Counted from the stretch's first letter, positions 49,848 to 64,000 are shown. The stretch is DNA of 64,000 nucleotides from Marsupella aquatica (GCA_973895155.1 OZ316894.1:19444805-19508804); one strand, 5' to 3'. Numbers and translations: made by a program. Notes: generated from the letters alone by a model not told the origin.

Positions 49848-50810
49848 CCTCTCTAATCCATCGACTCTCTTCACATATGACCCCTATGTCACCTACTCTC
49901 TTCACAGGCGGCCTTATTCTCAAATGCAGCGCACTAATCCTGACACTACTCGACCTCCATACCCATTTTTCACCCCTACCCCTAATTCTATTATCACCCC
50001 CCTAAGTCACGGTACCGGCTTCACTCTAGATGGAGGCCTTCATAGTAACTTTGAATAGCAATTTAATAATGGATAGAATTGACCTGTGTACTGCCTTCGC
50101 CAAATTGTAGGGGTAATTTTGGGTAACTTTCTCAAGATACAAGGACGCAAGCGAGAAGACACTCTATCTCCACAGATCCAAAGAGAATCCACAATTCCTC
50201 ACACGAAACCGAAAGCTTTTCCAATCTCTTCGTTGTCCGGCTCCTTCGCCGTCTTGACCTGGGCTTCGTGAACTATTATTGGGTCTCTTCTCTCTGATCC
50301 GGCTTTGCAACTCTGGGGATCTCTGTTCCTCCCTTCCCTCCAATCTCCACCCCTTCCCTTCTTCCCCAGTTTGTTGCCTTCGCGGCTCTCCACTACGTTT
50401 TGAGTCTCAGAGACAACGATGTAGAAAAGTGCAAAAGGTGAGGAAGAAAGAGATCGGCACAGCTCTCATCTGCAGTTTATTCCGCAAGCTCGCTCTCGGT
50501 TTTATCTCCTCTCGAAGAAAATTGCGGGCTTTTGTTTGTGTAGAATTTTTCCGTTTGGGAGAACATCGTCTCTTGGGTTTCGCTGTATTTGCTGTTTCTG
50601 GGGTTTTGATTTGATTTGATTTGATTCCCGTTGCCCGACGAAGCTGCTGGGTCTTGCGCTTGAGCTCGGATCTTGTACAGTAGTCTCGCACTGCAGTCGC
50701 GTATTGAGGCGGCATCGGTTCCTGAATTAGGTCGACTTTCTTCAACCCGCTCCCTCCTGACGAGGTTATTCTGTTTGTGAGCGTCTAGGGCTGCAGCTGC
50801 TGCGGTGAAG

Positions 50811-52200
50811 ATGTCTTTGATGGGGTCTGCCCTTGGCAGCGAGGTGGGACTTCGGTTGCTGCTTTCCCCCGCTGCATCCAATGTGATCGTGCGCTCGGCG
50901 TGTACGATTGTCGGAGTAGGGTTTCCGATCTACGCCACGCATCAGGCAATTGAGCGCAAAGATCCGGTCGAGCAGGAAATGTGGCTCGTCTATTGGGCTG
51001 CTTATGGCTGCTTTAGCGTCACGGAAATGTTTACGGATAAATTGCTCGCCTGGTTTCCAATGTATTACCACGCGAAGTTTCTGTTCCTTGTGTGGCTTCA
51101 ACTCCCAAATAATTATGTAATGTATCCATGACTCTTCTCATCTGCATTGTTTCTTTCGCTCTCTTGTATTCTGAAGTTTGTCAATGTGTTCCATTTTCAC
51201 TTCCTACTTTCCGTCGGCAAACCGTAGTCTCTTGCTCAGGTTCCAAATTCGTAGAGCGTGCCCGGCGACGTCTTGTGTTACATTATGCTTTATCCTGAAG
51301 TATTCTGCTGATTTGGTCGAGTTTTTTTCCAGCATTGTGGGTCGTTGTTAGATTAACCAAGTCTAATATTTCTTTGGGCGTCTGCAGGGAGCACGAAAAA
51401 TCTATCTCTCGTTACTCAGGCCTTTTCTGCTAAAGCATCATGCTAGGTTGGACCGTATTGTAAATGGCACCCGGAAAGACATGGTAAGGAACTTTGTTTA
51501 CGATTGTTCTGACCAAATTTCCATTGAGGGCGATAATAGTGATAGGCTAGGGCTGGCTAGTGCTTGCACGACTCACTTAATTGCGAACGTTTTCGCATAG
51601 ATTACAGTTGGTTGTCTTTGCAATAACTCTAATATGTCGGTATAGGATACGATTGTAGGCATGCAGACTCAACGCCAATGCTGAAACAAAGTGCATCATG
51701 TTACGAAGAGTTGTCTCTGCATGCAATTGAGCTGCTCAGCCTTTGTTTTTATTCGCAGGAGAAGTTTATTGTATCTCATAAGCACGAGCTTCTAGCAGTC
51801 AGAAATATGCTTCAGAAGGTGGCTGTTACAGGTGAGTTCTTCTCTTTTCTCTGCATCTGTGCAGTTATTATATTTGTATGAGAACTTTTCAGATAGGATC
51901 ATTGTTTTTCATCAGTAGGGTTACTTTGAATATCTTCCAGATTGGACACAAGTTTTGGGATTGTAAGTGATTTTGCAAAACTGATGAACAGCTTATGGGG
52001 CTGTGGAGGAAGCATTGCGAAGTGCTCGAATTGAGGGCCCAAGACCTGATCCACCGTCCAGCACTGACGGTACCTCTCCACAATCTGAAGACGACAGCTC
52101 TCTCTCTGGGTTTGAATCAGTTGCTGGACATCCGATTGAGGATCCAAGCTGGGTTGAAGTTCCCAGAGCCGATTTGAGAGATAGAAGTCGGCGTTCATAA
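50811..52200 (+). CDS. HVA22/TB2-DP1 family protein (HVA22k-like)
   Basis: VGFPIYATHQAIE, WLVYWAAYGCFS, WFPMYYHAKFLFLVWLQLP|GARKIY. Predicted exons 50811-51116, 51388-51483, 51759-51831 and 51992-52200 with GT-AG introns in phase. Confidence 0.88.
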
Positions 52201-54807
52201 GAATATATCACGAAATTGTGGGTTTTCATGTGCTGTATTGGATGCTAGCCTGATTCATCCGTTAGGGTCTTCAAAGTAATCGAAGAGAAAATCCAGATCA
52301 GAGAATCAGTGAGTGCAACCTGAAGCACGAAAACCTAGTTGTAGCATAGCCATTGTAGTTGATTGAAGTCAGAATTTAGTGATGTTCACTTTGTTCCATA
52401 TTAGAACTGTAATTAATAGGATAATCGGATTACGTTTAGAGGAGCGGAAACAACTATCATGTGAACAAGGCGCCCCCACCTTCGTTATTAATAAGAAGTT
52501 CAGTCGTGATTCATCTTGCCAGGGAAGTTGTAAAGTTATCATCAGGATGTGGATCCCCGAAAAGGCACATGTAGTGAGGAGCACAGGTCTTTAGGGGATT
52601 TTTCTTTCGCAAAATTTCTATGTTTCCAAGATTGGTTGTGTCCTCTGTTGTGGCCTATAGGAGCCCCTACAGTCCCCGACCAGAATTACGTCTATTTCCG
52701 TCTCCAGTCGGGAACAATACCGTCTTTCTGTTGTGTGAAGGAGCTGAAACAGGATTGTAAGGTGATCATTATGTTGATTCTCTTGAGGGCTTGAGTCATA
52801 CAATCAAACGCAGAAACCTGCTCTCTTGTATTACACCTTGAAGAAGGACAAGCGACTGAGTCGATGCTTCCAAAGTACAGCCCACACTATGAATGTATGT
52901 GTTAACAATGGTGTCCACTGACCTCGCCCTTGGCAAGACGGCACTTTCATTCCTACTTGTTCTCAATTCTTTGGATTGAAATGTCTACAGCTTCAACGTG
53001 TGCCCCGATTGTGATCTCCACTGGCAACCTCCCCCTTGGCAAGACGGCACTTTCCTTCCTAATTTTTCTCATTTCTTGGATTGAAGTGTCTACATAGAAT
53101 ACCCCTCTAGATTTCAATATTAGACCTGTAAGTCCACTTGAAAAACGCCCATTGTCTCATAATTTTAATGTTTATGTTTGACACACTTATTCTATCCAAT
53201 AAGTAGGAAAATGATGCTCCCATGGACCACATGAAAATGATGCTCTTTTGACACCCCCATGGCTCACAATTCCCAAAATTTGAGGTTATTTATAATAAGT
53301 TGATGTTCAGAAGTGCAAGTATTTTGCAGATTTGAGTATTTGCTAGAGGAATAGGTAAGTTACACTTCCATCAATGCCAAAATGGCCATTTTAATTGAGT
53401 TATTCAGCTTGGAATGTGGAGGGGTAAATTGTTATTCAGCATGGAATGCAAATGGGTAAATTCTATTAGATTAATTTCCATTGTGTTAATATGAAAATTG
53501 AGGTATTTTGTTTTTTTTTGGTCTCCTCCTTCTCTGGTTGCCTTGCAGGTGAAGAACTAAAAATTACTTTAGGACTCAATAATAATTAAGTTAGAAACCC
53601 AAAACTCACATGGACCACCAAAATGTGGTCCACAGGAGCACTTTTTCCAAAATGGAGGTCCATCCGGGCTTTGGTTTCAATAACAAGGCCACATGAAAAA
53701 GACATGTCTCAAACTTTTAATGTTATCTTTGACACATAATTATCTATCCAATAACCCGCATGACCAAACATTTTGCCTTGTTACTCCTACCCTTGAAGTC
53801 CTTTGTGAGCCTCACATCCAACCATGATTCCTTATCACATACGCCATATTAGTCTTGGAAATAAAACGAATTCTATGATGAACTATCACTATGGTATCCT
53901 GGGTCACTTGGCATTTTCCTTGGCGACAAATAGCCAGAAGGAAGGAAGGAACTAATGTTCATCTTAGAGCCTCACTAGCTCAGGATCCGGCTCAGGAATG
54001 AAAGGGATCCCTTGAGGAATTTTGGGAGGTCAAATCCAGTCAGTCAGTTTCAACCTAAATTTGAACGCATTTGAGCTTGGAAGTGGAGGAGAGCATATAA
54101 TTAAATTGCTAATGTTTACTGTCACAGGCATGTCAAGAAATTATAATATTTCTGATGATTGGGTCTTGTGGTTGAACCAGAGGCTGTAAAGTACAAACAA
54201 AATCCAATGAATGGGAAAAAGTATATGATATGAACTACCAAATTAACCCTAATTACCCACTTAGTTCAGTTGATATGAAGATGCAAGTTACTCTTGATCT
54301 ATATCTAAAGTAATGTGTAAATCTGCACTTTACACTTTGTCGAACCCCAAACGTGGTCCTTTGTCAAAGCAAACTGCAAACTCCATCGCATCCCATTCCA
54401 TTCCAAGCCCTTGCTCTAGAAACCAGACGAAAAGTTAATGGGGAACCATTCTTTGTGATTAAATGCAAATTCAAGATATAAAAACCTTTGGAGGCACCTT
54501 AAATGTTTGGTCAACCTGCCACCCCAAGTCATTTAATGATTCCCACGCAGTACATCTGCAACCAAAGCCAAAATGGATGATAGTTTTATCTAAAGCCAAA
54601 ATTTGCAATAATATAAAAATTTAAAGTGTGTTTTAATGATTTACTCCTGGGTCTAGAATAATTATTGTAATCATAAGCAAATATTTGGTTGGGTAGTCTA
54701 CTGCATACTATAGACACGAATAGTGTTAGCCTGTGAAGGAGTAACTCGGGCTCATTGTCACTTGTAAGCCAAAGTGACATGGAGAGCTCTTGATGACTTG
54801 GCATGGC

Positions 54808-54921
54808 TCACAGAACTAGAATTTAGTAAAGCTCTCAAGTGTACCTGTGAAAGTGAACCATATATCACAGAACTAGAATTTAGTAAAGCTCTCAAGTGTA
54901 CTTGTGAAAGTGAACCATATA
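54808..54921. repeat. ~57-bp tandem duplication
   Basis: CACAGAACTAGAATTTAGTAAAGCTCTCAAGTGTAC(C/T)TGTGAAAGTGAACCATATAT x2. Confidence 0.85.
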
Positions 54922-56817
54922 TCTCTCTTGTGTTGACGACATGTTTGTTGTAGCATCTATGTAGACGTTGTGATGCTGTCGTACTCAACAAATGAAATCC
55001 AAGCATGACTAGGAGATCACTGTTAGACTCTACCTCTGACCGGATGACCGGACCAGCCGGTCATCCGACTACCCTATATGTACTCTCATTCATGACTATA
55101 CACTGACTCATTCTCATTCAGACTTTGACACGTTATCAGCACGAAGCCTCAACCAGCAGAGCCAAGAAGAAAGGAGGGAACAGACCATGGAAGATTAGAG
55201 AAAAAAAAAGTTATGCCGAATGGACAATGCGTGATTGACGAAAGCAAACATGGAGCCCATAAGATCTCCCGAAAAACGATGGCGAAAGGGAGAAAACATT
55301 GAATAGTAAAAGAGAAGATAAGGACAGAGGGAAGAAAAGACAATCGATGCAGCACCGAACGGGGAGCATCGATAAAGACATCGATTAGGAATTATGCAGA
55401 ACATTGCATAATAAAACAGGGGCTTATGCAAGAAGAGAGAATTGAAGCAACAGAAGGATAGGGAGGCGTTGACAAAGCGAACTTATGAGGAACGCCCTCA
55501 AGAGAAATAGAAAGATCATTAGATAAGGACAGCAAAGAGGCACTAACAGAGAGCACAGCACAGGCAATACAGCAAATTCATAAGCATAGATTGAAAACGA
55601 TAGGCCTGTGAAAAGAGGCGAAGAGGCAATCAGTATAGAGAAAGAGACGATTTAGATCAAGTACAGCCAGCGATCGAGAAAGAAGACGATCTGGAGAACA
55701 ACAGAAAATCGAAGAGAAAAATCACCACATCAGAGAGTATAGAGCTTCGATGTTCTGTTGACCTCGCCCTTGAAGAAAGAGCAGCATCTGCTACGGGGAA
55801 GCAGATCGCACAGCAGAATCAGGAGAGAAAGAATCGGAGAGGCGCATTACAAGACGCAGCCAAAGAAAGCAGCGCACAAGGGGCGCAACTGCAATCAAAT
55901 CCCACCACATTGAGACTGCAAAACGTCGAAAAAACGTCGAAAACGGCTGCTAAGTGCATAACCCTCCTTAACTGCAAAATCCATAAAAAGATTTCAATTA
56001 CAAAGGAAAAGTTGCACTTAACCAAATAAGCGCACATAACCGCAAAACCTCCATAACTGCATTTCATAACAAAGAAAATTAACCTTACAAAGATGCATGT
56101 GCACTTAACCAGGGCACGAGTAAATAACCACCCATAACTACACAAACTGCAAAACTTCATTACTGCATAGTTTAACAAAGGAAAGAACAAATACAAAGGA
56201 AACTTTGCAGTTAACCAAATACCAAGGAAAACCTAAATCCTAAATGCAAACCCTAAAATCGAATTCCGGATTTGCATGCTCTCTCCACACAGCCCCACCT
56301 TGCATGCCGCAGAAATGTGCTTTGTCATTTCCTACTATACTTACTAGTATATAAGCCTCAACCACCATTAAAAGGAATCAAGCCATCACCCCAATGACCA
56401 ACCTAGAGAAATTAACATTTCCAGCCCTAGACATATGGTAGCAACTACCTGGAATGGTCAATGAACCTCAGAGAGAACCTTACCTCGCTAACCCTACTCC
56501 CAGCTATAGGGATGACTCAACCTATACTAGCTGGCGAACCCCAACCAGACCCGTTAACTAAAGCCAACGAATCTAAGGTCGTTGTATTCCTTAGACGCCA
56601 TATCCATAGATTCCTACAAAGACAATACATGCACCTCTCAACCCCTCGTGAACTTTGGACAACGCTCCAAACCCGATTCGACCACCAAAAACTGGTCGAA
56701 CTACCTAAAGCCAGGCAAGACTGGCTAAACTTGCGAGTCCAGAACTTTACCTCTATTTCAGCCCACAATAGCAAACTCTTTAGAATAACCTCAACCCTCG
56801 CACTATGTGGCGAGCCG

Positions 56818-57161
56818 TGTTGAGCATAGACGACATTCGCAATGGCAAGCCCATGAACCATCCAACGCACAATAGTCGACACAGAGAGATACGTGGTTCA
56901 CCTCCACATGAGGCTACGTCCACGGGAACACACAAGAGCTTTACTGCACTCTAGGCCGACCGGCCATACCAAGCATCCACAGCACAAGCTCTCCCTATCT
57001 CTCAACTAGCTCCGTAACAATGAGCCTAAGTTCCACCAGGGTCTGGCATCAGCCCTGGCTATATGCACAACAGCACTACCGCTAACCTTAGCTAGGTCCT
57101 AACCCGAGTTAGCCTAACTGTGGTTAGCACAAGAGTCACAAGACTAGAGCAATATCTAACA
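56818..57161 (-). repeat. 3' LTR of copia element 2
   Basis: Direct repeat of 63143-63486. Confidence 0.96.
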
Positions 57162-57380
57162 AACTCCCCCTTGACTCTTGTCTTGGGGACTGGACTAAAT
57201 GCTACCATATGGAATCCTCAGCGGGAAGTTCTAGACAAACACCAAACCAGGTCTCCCCCTAAAAACCACAAGGGTTAACTAAGGGTTAACTAGAACTAAG
57301 CCGTAGCCAAACAGGAATGAGTAATCCATATACAAATAGTCACACATTGCTAAATAACCGAGTAAATAACTCTACTTGTA

Positions 57381-60300
57381 TTACAACTGCAAAACCTGCA
57401 AAGTAGCACGGTGTCTTGAGAAACTCTCCAAAAGAATCACTTTGGTAAAGGCATCAGCGGCATTGAGCTTTCCATCAATCTTGACTAGCTCAAAAGTTTT
57501 ATCAGACACTGCTTGCCTGATAAAATGGTACCTGATATCAATGTGCTTCACCCTGCTATCCATCACCTGGTTAGCAGCCAAGTGAAGAGCACTCTGACTA
57601 TCACAGTTTAGAGTCATTTTTCCATGCTCTAAACCCATCTCCGCGATCAACTTATCCAACCAAATTGCTTCCTTTGCAGCTGCAACATACTCTACTTCTG
57701 TAGTAGACTGAGATATGCACTTCTGCAAGGTAGATTTCCAACTGATACATCCTCCTCCAAGAGTGTATACAAACCCAGTTGTAGATCTTCTTGTATCCAG
57801 ACAGCCTCCATAGTCAGAATCTACATAGCCAACTAACGTTCTATTTGATCTGTTATCAAATAGTAATCTATAGTCCTCTGTTCCCTTCACATACCTGAGA
57901 ATCCATTTCACAGCTTCCCAATGTACCTTCCCTGGATTTGACATGAATCTGCTAACCTTGCCCATCGCTAGGGCCAAGTCAGGCCTAGTACAAGTCATCA
58001 AATACATCAGACTGTCTACTGCCTTCTCATAAGGAATCTTAGCCATCAGACCTTTCTCCACAGTATCCGTAGGAGAGAAAGCTGATGATAACTTGAAATG
58101 TGAAGCTAAAGGAATACTCACTGGCTTACAGTTCTCCATGTTGAATCGTGCAAGTACTTTCCTCGCATACTGGCCTTGACTCAAGCACAACTGTCCAGTC
58201 TCAAAGTTCCTAAAAATCTCCATCCCTAAGATCCTCTTGGCCTTACCAAGATCCTTCATCCTGAATTCAGCGCTCAATTTTGCCTTGAGACTGTCAACCT
58301 CAGATTGATCTTTAGCCACAATTAGCATGTCATCCACATAGATCACCAGAATGATGAAATCAAATACATCATTCTTGACTGATTTCGTATACACACAAGG
58401 ATCATACACCATCCTTGTAAAACCTTGAGCAAGCATGAAATCATCAAACCGCTTGTTCCACTGTCTGGGAGACTGCTTCAATCCATACAAGGACTTGAGC
58501 AATCTGTAAACTAAGTTCTCTTGGCCCTTCTTCATAAAGCCTAGTGGCTATCTCATGAAGATCATCTATTCCAAGTTGCCATAGAGAAAAGTAGTAACAA
58601 CATCCATCTGATTCATCACCAGACCAAAAAACACACAAGATCCGAATTATGGAATACTTAGCAACCGGTGAAAAGACCTCATTGTAATCCACTCCTTTCT
58701 CCTGAGTGAATCCCTTGGCAACAAGCCTTGCCTTGTAGATCTTGTCTCCACCCTCTGAAGGACTATCCTTCAACTTGTAAATCCACTTGCTGTCCACCAC
58801 TTGCTGACCTCTAAGAAGCTCCACCAGCTCCCATGTCTTGTTATCACTCAAAGATTGCAACTCCCTCCGCATTGCTGCATTCCACTCATGCTTCTGCTCT
58901 GAAGCACAAGCCTCACTATACGAAGAAGGCTCTCCTTCTTCCAAGATCAAAGCCATATCATCTTCATCAGGTGCAATGTCAATATCATCTAGCTTAGATG
59001 AGTCTGCCCATTGACCATACCTGGTAGGAGCTCTAGTAGAACGACTGGAAGTTCTTCTAGTAGATGACTCAGGCTGATCTGCTGCTGTTGCTGGTTGAAT
59101 TTGAGGTACCCCAGCAACAATCTGCTCCTCTTGTTCCATCACAGGAACCAGCTCCAAGCCCGGAGCTTCTCCATCTCTCCTGTCATGAACATCATCATGA
59201 CTAATCTCCCCCTCAACCTCGTCCGGGATGGGAGATTTCCCCTTGTCAGTATGGGAGTCCTGAGAACTCTCCCCCTCCTTTGATGATCTGGATTCATTAA
59301 AGGACACATCTCTACTGACAATTAGCTTACAGGTTACTGGATCCTATAACCTATAACCCTTCACACCTTTCTGATAACCAAGGAAAATGACTTCTTTGAC
59401 TTGGACTCCAGCTTGGATCGAAGCTGGGAAGGTGTAAGCACATAAGCATCACATCCAAAAATCCTCAGATGTGAGTAATCTGCTGGACAGCCGTACCTCA
59501 TTTCAAATGGCGTCTTGAATCCAATAGAACTGGATGGAGAAAAATTTACCAAATAAGCTGCAGTGTTGACAACTTCAGCCCAAAACTCATGTGGTAAGCA
59601 TGATTGACTCAACATACTCCTCGAGCGGTCCAATAGTGTTCGATTGAGTCTCTCAGAAATACCATTCTGCTGAGGAGTATAGCTTGTTGTGAAATGGTGG
59701 GTAATCCCCTGCTCCTTACAATACGTTCCAAATTCACCGGAACTGTATTCATCGCCGTTATCCGATCGAAGATATCTCACCTTATTACCAGTCTGATTTT
59801 CAACTTGGGCTTTCCACTCCTTAAAAGTGGCAAAAATATCAGACTTATTGTGTAGAAAGTATATCCACACATATCTTGAGTAATCGTCAATGAACGTGAC
59901 ATAGTATAACCGTCCAGAATGTGATGGAGTAGGGGCGGGACCCCACACATCACTATGTACATACTCAAGTACCTCCTTGCTGGTGTGAGTTCTAACTCCG
60001 AAGGGTTTCCTTTGCTGCTTCCCTAGCACACAGTGCTCACAAAATTCCAACTTACAAGATTGCAAATTAGAAAGTAATCCTTTCTTCTGAAGAATAACCA
60101 AACCTTTTTCACTCATGTGGCCCAAACGGAAGTGCCACAGCCGGGCCGTCTCCTCATGAGATAAGGTTACATTGGCTTCATCATAGACTACACTGCCCTC
60201 CATAACGTATAGATTGCAATGTCTCTTTCCCTTCAATACAACTTTAGTACCAGTTGAAACCTGAAGGACACCATTAGCAGAACTCCACTGATGGCCATTT

Positions 60301-61643
60301 GCCTCTAAAACTCCAAGTGAAATGAGATTTTTCATCATGCTGGGAATATGTCTCACATTCCTCAATGTTCTCACAGCACCATCAAACATCTAAAATCTTA
60401 CAGATCCAAGTCCAACAACTTGACATGGGATTCCATTTCCCATCAACACTGACCCGTTGGAAACCGTGTAAGAACTGAAACAATCTTTTCTAGAGCAAAT
60501 GTGAAAAGTACATGCACTATCTAGAATCCAGTCATCACTACCTGGATTTGACACTACGTTGAGAGCATAACCTTGACATCACAATATGTCATCATCATCG
60601 AGTAAATCTACCTCATGCGAGCTCGAAGCTGCGTTAGCAGAGGCAGTAGGGACCTTTACTCGACAATCCCTTTTCATGTGGCCTGGCTTGCCACAATTCC
60701 AACATGCAAGAGGCTTCCTCTCTTGCAATTTTCCTCTGGATTTAGATCTCCCCCGTGATGTAGATCTAACCCTGTTCTGCCCATTCGTGCGCTGCGTTGC
60801 TCTTCCCCTGTTCACATTGAGCGCAGTGCCAGAAGAAGATGCTGTCTGTGATTGACCCAGCTTCTTCTGAGCATCATCAGACAGTAAAGAGCTTACCACC
60901 TCATTATATGAAATGGACTTCAGATCTTTGTACAAGAGCACCTGTTTCAAGCCCTGATATGATGGCGGTAAGGAGCTTAGCAGAAGCAAGGCCTTATCCT
61001 CATCTTCAACTCCTTTTCCCAGGTTTGACAAATCAACCGCTAGACTGTCAAACTCATCCAGGTGATCCTGCATCTTGCTCCCTTCCTTGAGTCTGAGGCT
61101 CATCAAGAGAGACTTCTTGTATAGCCGGTCTGACGTATCTTCCCGGTAGTACTTCTCTCTTAGAGCCTTGAACAGTGACGCGCAATCCGCATAATCATCC
61201 AGCTACTTGATGATGTGCGGCTTGAGATATAGCATCACTGCATTGACAGCAATCACCTGCTCCTATCTCCATTGCCTCACTCAAATCTCCTCCTCTCCAT
61301 CATACTGCTCTCGCGATGAAAGCAGATGAGCTAAGCCCATGGCCCATAGAACACCCTTCACTTGCTTCTTCCAGAGCAAGTAATCAGTACGACCATCGTA
61401 CTTCTCCACCTCAAACTTCACTCCTCCAAATCTAGCCATCTCCCTCTTCTTCCCTACTACCGACAGCTCTGGTAGTAACACAGCTTCCTCCACTGCACGC
61501 CGCACCGGTGATCGTACCGGTGTTATAAGTTCCTCCTCAAACGGTAGCAGCTCCTCCTCAGACTCTCCGTCTAACCGTCGCGATCCTGAAGCTCCACCGA
61601 CGCCAATTCTTCCAGTATCCTCCAAGTCACTCATATGAAACAA
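57381..61643 (-). pseudogene. copia gag-pol of element 2 with stops and frameshifts
   Basis: KFEVEKYDG, CWNCGKPGHMKRDC, WILDSACTFH, LWHFRLGHMSEKG, YVHSDVWGP, YKARLVAKGFTQ, YGLKQSPRQW, YVDDMLI, KHIDIRYHFIR. Confidence 0.93.
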
Positions 61644-63142
61644 TCATGAAAAAACATCTTTTTTCGAAACTTCTCATAAAACTCAAAACTCAACACCGCC
61701 GCGTAGCCCACGAAGCTAGGAGTCCAATACTGAAATCCGAAATCAAAATCGAAATTCGACGGAAAAGTTATTCAAATTTTGGTCGGGGTGGGTAAAACCT
61801 TGGGAAACTCCCCCGTTTTGACCACCTTGGAGAATAACCGAAATACCAAGTACAACCTGTCGTCGGAATCGCGATGTGATCAGTGCGTCGCGTTGCTAAC
61901 TCCAGTGGCAACGTCCTCACCAAAAAAGAACCAAAAAAGTTATAGTGCGGCGGACGGAATCTTTGTGTGACGGCCAAAAAATAGCTCTCTGTTTTTTGGG
62001 AATATTCCCGCACAGTCCAACAGGGCTCACAGGGGGCCGTTCCCCCTGTCGGAGCGGTTAAAACGGAGGGTCACAGGGCCCGGGATGAGGCACAACCAAT
62101 TTGGAGAGAAAAAATAATAATTCAGAAAAACACACTCTAAAGGGGTCTTAAAGCCCCTGGAAAAAGGCGCTCGTATTCGCGGCCAGAATTGCGTATAAAC
62201 AGCAAAAAATGTGAAAAAAACGGGTTTAAAGGGGTCAAAACACGCGTATTTTCGCGTTTTTGGGCTGTATATGGGCGTTTTTGGCCGTATTTGGGCCCAA
62301 AAAAGCATGTTTTCACGCTTAAAGGGGTGTGGGAGGCCGGTGTGCGCGCCGGGGGTATGGCAAACCTGGTTTGTCGGGTATTGGGGCCGTATTGGGGCAA
62401 AAAATGCCCTAAACTAACCTTAAAAATGTGCCCAAAATGACACAAAGGCCGTGTTACAAACCTCAGCCGCCTCCGCTTTGGTTTCCAATGAGAAAAGTGA
62501 TGACCGCCGACATGAAAATGTTTCTGAATTGCATCGGCACGTCTGAAGCTCCACCAGAGAAAGAACTTTTATTGCGTCGCCTTCACTCCGCGTCAAGTGC
62601 CAATCTCGGACTCAAAACGACCGTCTCGCCACGATCTCTCCGTTGAGCCTCAGCACTTCGCGTTTCTTCCTCCGAGTCAAGCGTCACGGCGAGTAATCCG
62701 GTTCAGGGAAAAACAAGCACCATAGCTTGTCAAAAAACCAGAATGCCTCCTTCACTCGTCACGACGCACTCGTTCCACAAACGTCAGCAAACTAGATACC
62801 AAAACGACCAGCACGCTCCAACCTTCAACTTGAACTATCACATGCGACGCCCCGCACACCGCACAGCTCACACCGTTGAAGAAACGATCTCTGGTTTCTC
62901 CCCCGAAATACCGTCGAACATGAATAAACCCTGAACGACGCAAACTTCAATTCCTCCGCACCACGGATACCGATCAGCGAGCTCTAACCACCATTAGAAT
63001 GCCCTCTCACTAACCTATCCGCTCAGTCACACACAATCGAGTTTCATGCGATAAAACTCTGAATGTACCATCGACAATGAACGCTGAAAAAAACCTGTCA
63101 CGAAAAAACCTCGTCACCTCCCAGGCATGCTCTGATACCACT

Positions 63143-63486
63143 TGTTGAGCATAGACGACATTCGCAACAGCAAGCCCATGAACCATCCAATGCACAATAG
63201 TCGACACAGAGAGATACGTGGTTCACCTCCACATGAGGCTACGTCCACCGGAACACACAAGAGCTTTACTGCACTCTAGGCCGACCGATCATACCAAGCA
63301 TCCACAACACAAGCTCTCCCTATCTCTCAACTAGCTCCATAACAATGAGCCTAAGTTCCACCAGGGTCTGGCATCAGCCCTGGCTATATGCACAATAGTA
63401 CTACCGCTAACCTTAGCTAGGTCCTAACCCGAGTTAGCCTAATTATGGTTAGCACAAGAGTCACAAGACTAGAGCAATATCTAACA
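63143..63486 (-). repeat. 5' LTR of copia element 2
   Basis: Direct repeat of 56818-57161, adjacent to the PBS. Confidence 0.96.
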
Positions 63487-64000
63487 AGCCGGTCACAGAC
63501 AAGGATCTGCTAGAGAAGACCTTGTCGATATTTCATTCATCGAATGTGTTGCTATCAACACAGTATCGAAACATGAAGTTCGGGCAATACTCCGAGCTCA
63601 TAGCCCACTTCCTAGTCACCGAAAGAAACCAAGAGCTTCTTTTAGTAATCTCTAGAAAATGCCCTGCGGGCACACTACCCTCAGGACAACAGAATGAAAC
63701 CCATAACATAGAAAATGCTGAACCCTCCATATCGAGGCAAGGCATTAAACGCACTAAGAATAGCAACCGGAGAAACACCCACAACAGGGGAAGTTTCTAT
63801 AACCAATGTCCACAATATAACTCCCAATGGACCTTTAGAGGACGTGGTGGACGAGAAGGACGAGGAGGACGCGGCGGTGGAAGAACATACACCAAAAACC
63901 GCAGAAATGATTGGTCACAATCCCGACAACAAAGGGAACGACCGAAATGCCATGAATGTGGCATGACAAACCACCTAGCGAGAAACTGTAGAATCCCGCA

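Larger units (their letters stand above)
56818..63486 (-). mobile_element. Full-length Ty1/copia element 2 (Tnt1/Tork-like), defective, nested
   Basis: 344-bp TG...CA LTRs at 56818-57161 and 63143-63486 (about 12 mismatches, mostly transitions). TSD AGCCG (56813-56817, 63487-63491). PBS TGGTATCAGAGC on the minus strand at 63140-63129, and a PPT next to 57162. Confidence 0.96.
55021..64000 (+). mobile_element. Bianca-like Ty1/copia element (5' part), interrupted by a nested copia, continues beyond the window
   Basis: Candidate short LTR TGTTAG...TTGACA at 55021-55130, then the Bianca-type PBS TTATCAGCACGA (55133-55144), a long purine-rich leader and a Bianca-type gag. Confidence 0.7.
56394..64000 (+). 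pseudogene. Bianca-type gag, split by the nested element (56394-56817 and 63487-64000)
   Basis: MTNLEKLTFPALDI/GSNYLEW, FLRRHIH, LWTTLQTRFDHQK, WLNLRVQNF, LALCGEP | VTDKDLLEKTLSIFH, and zinc knuckle CHECGMTNHLARNC at the window end. Contains frameshifts. Confidence 0.8.

Overview
Eukaryotic, repeat-rich land-plant DNA with GT-AG introns. A non-seed plant is plausible but cannot be established from this window. Host genes: an ASHR2-like SET methyltransferase, an intronless tyrosylprotein sulfotransferase and an HVA22-like gene. There is also a decayed tandem duplication of [LRR ectodomain + WAK-type kinase RLK] and [TAF7]. Mobile DNA: a pogo-type DNA transposon, two complete Ty1/copia elements (one nested in a Bianca-like copia), three MITEs and a probable non-autonomous Helitron. 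The most notable feature is a ~9-kb two-gene unit at 25.1-34 kb. It pairs a spliced ~1107-aa Sola-like DDD transposase with a divergently oriented spliced ~950-codon gene, which fuses a ParB/Srx-like domain to a prokaryote-type beta-class amino (N6-adenine/N4-cytosine) DNA methyltransferase. The two genes are separated by an array of ~15 AAATTGTCGAAGGC-like motifs, and TTCATGAATTCATGAA palindromes recur through the unit. It is a candidate DNA transposon carrying its own DNA-modification system. All family calls come from motif recognition by eye; no searches were run.
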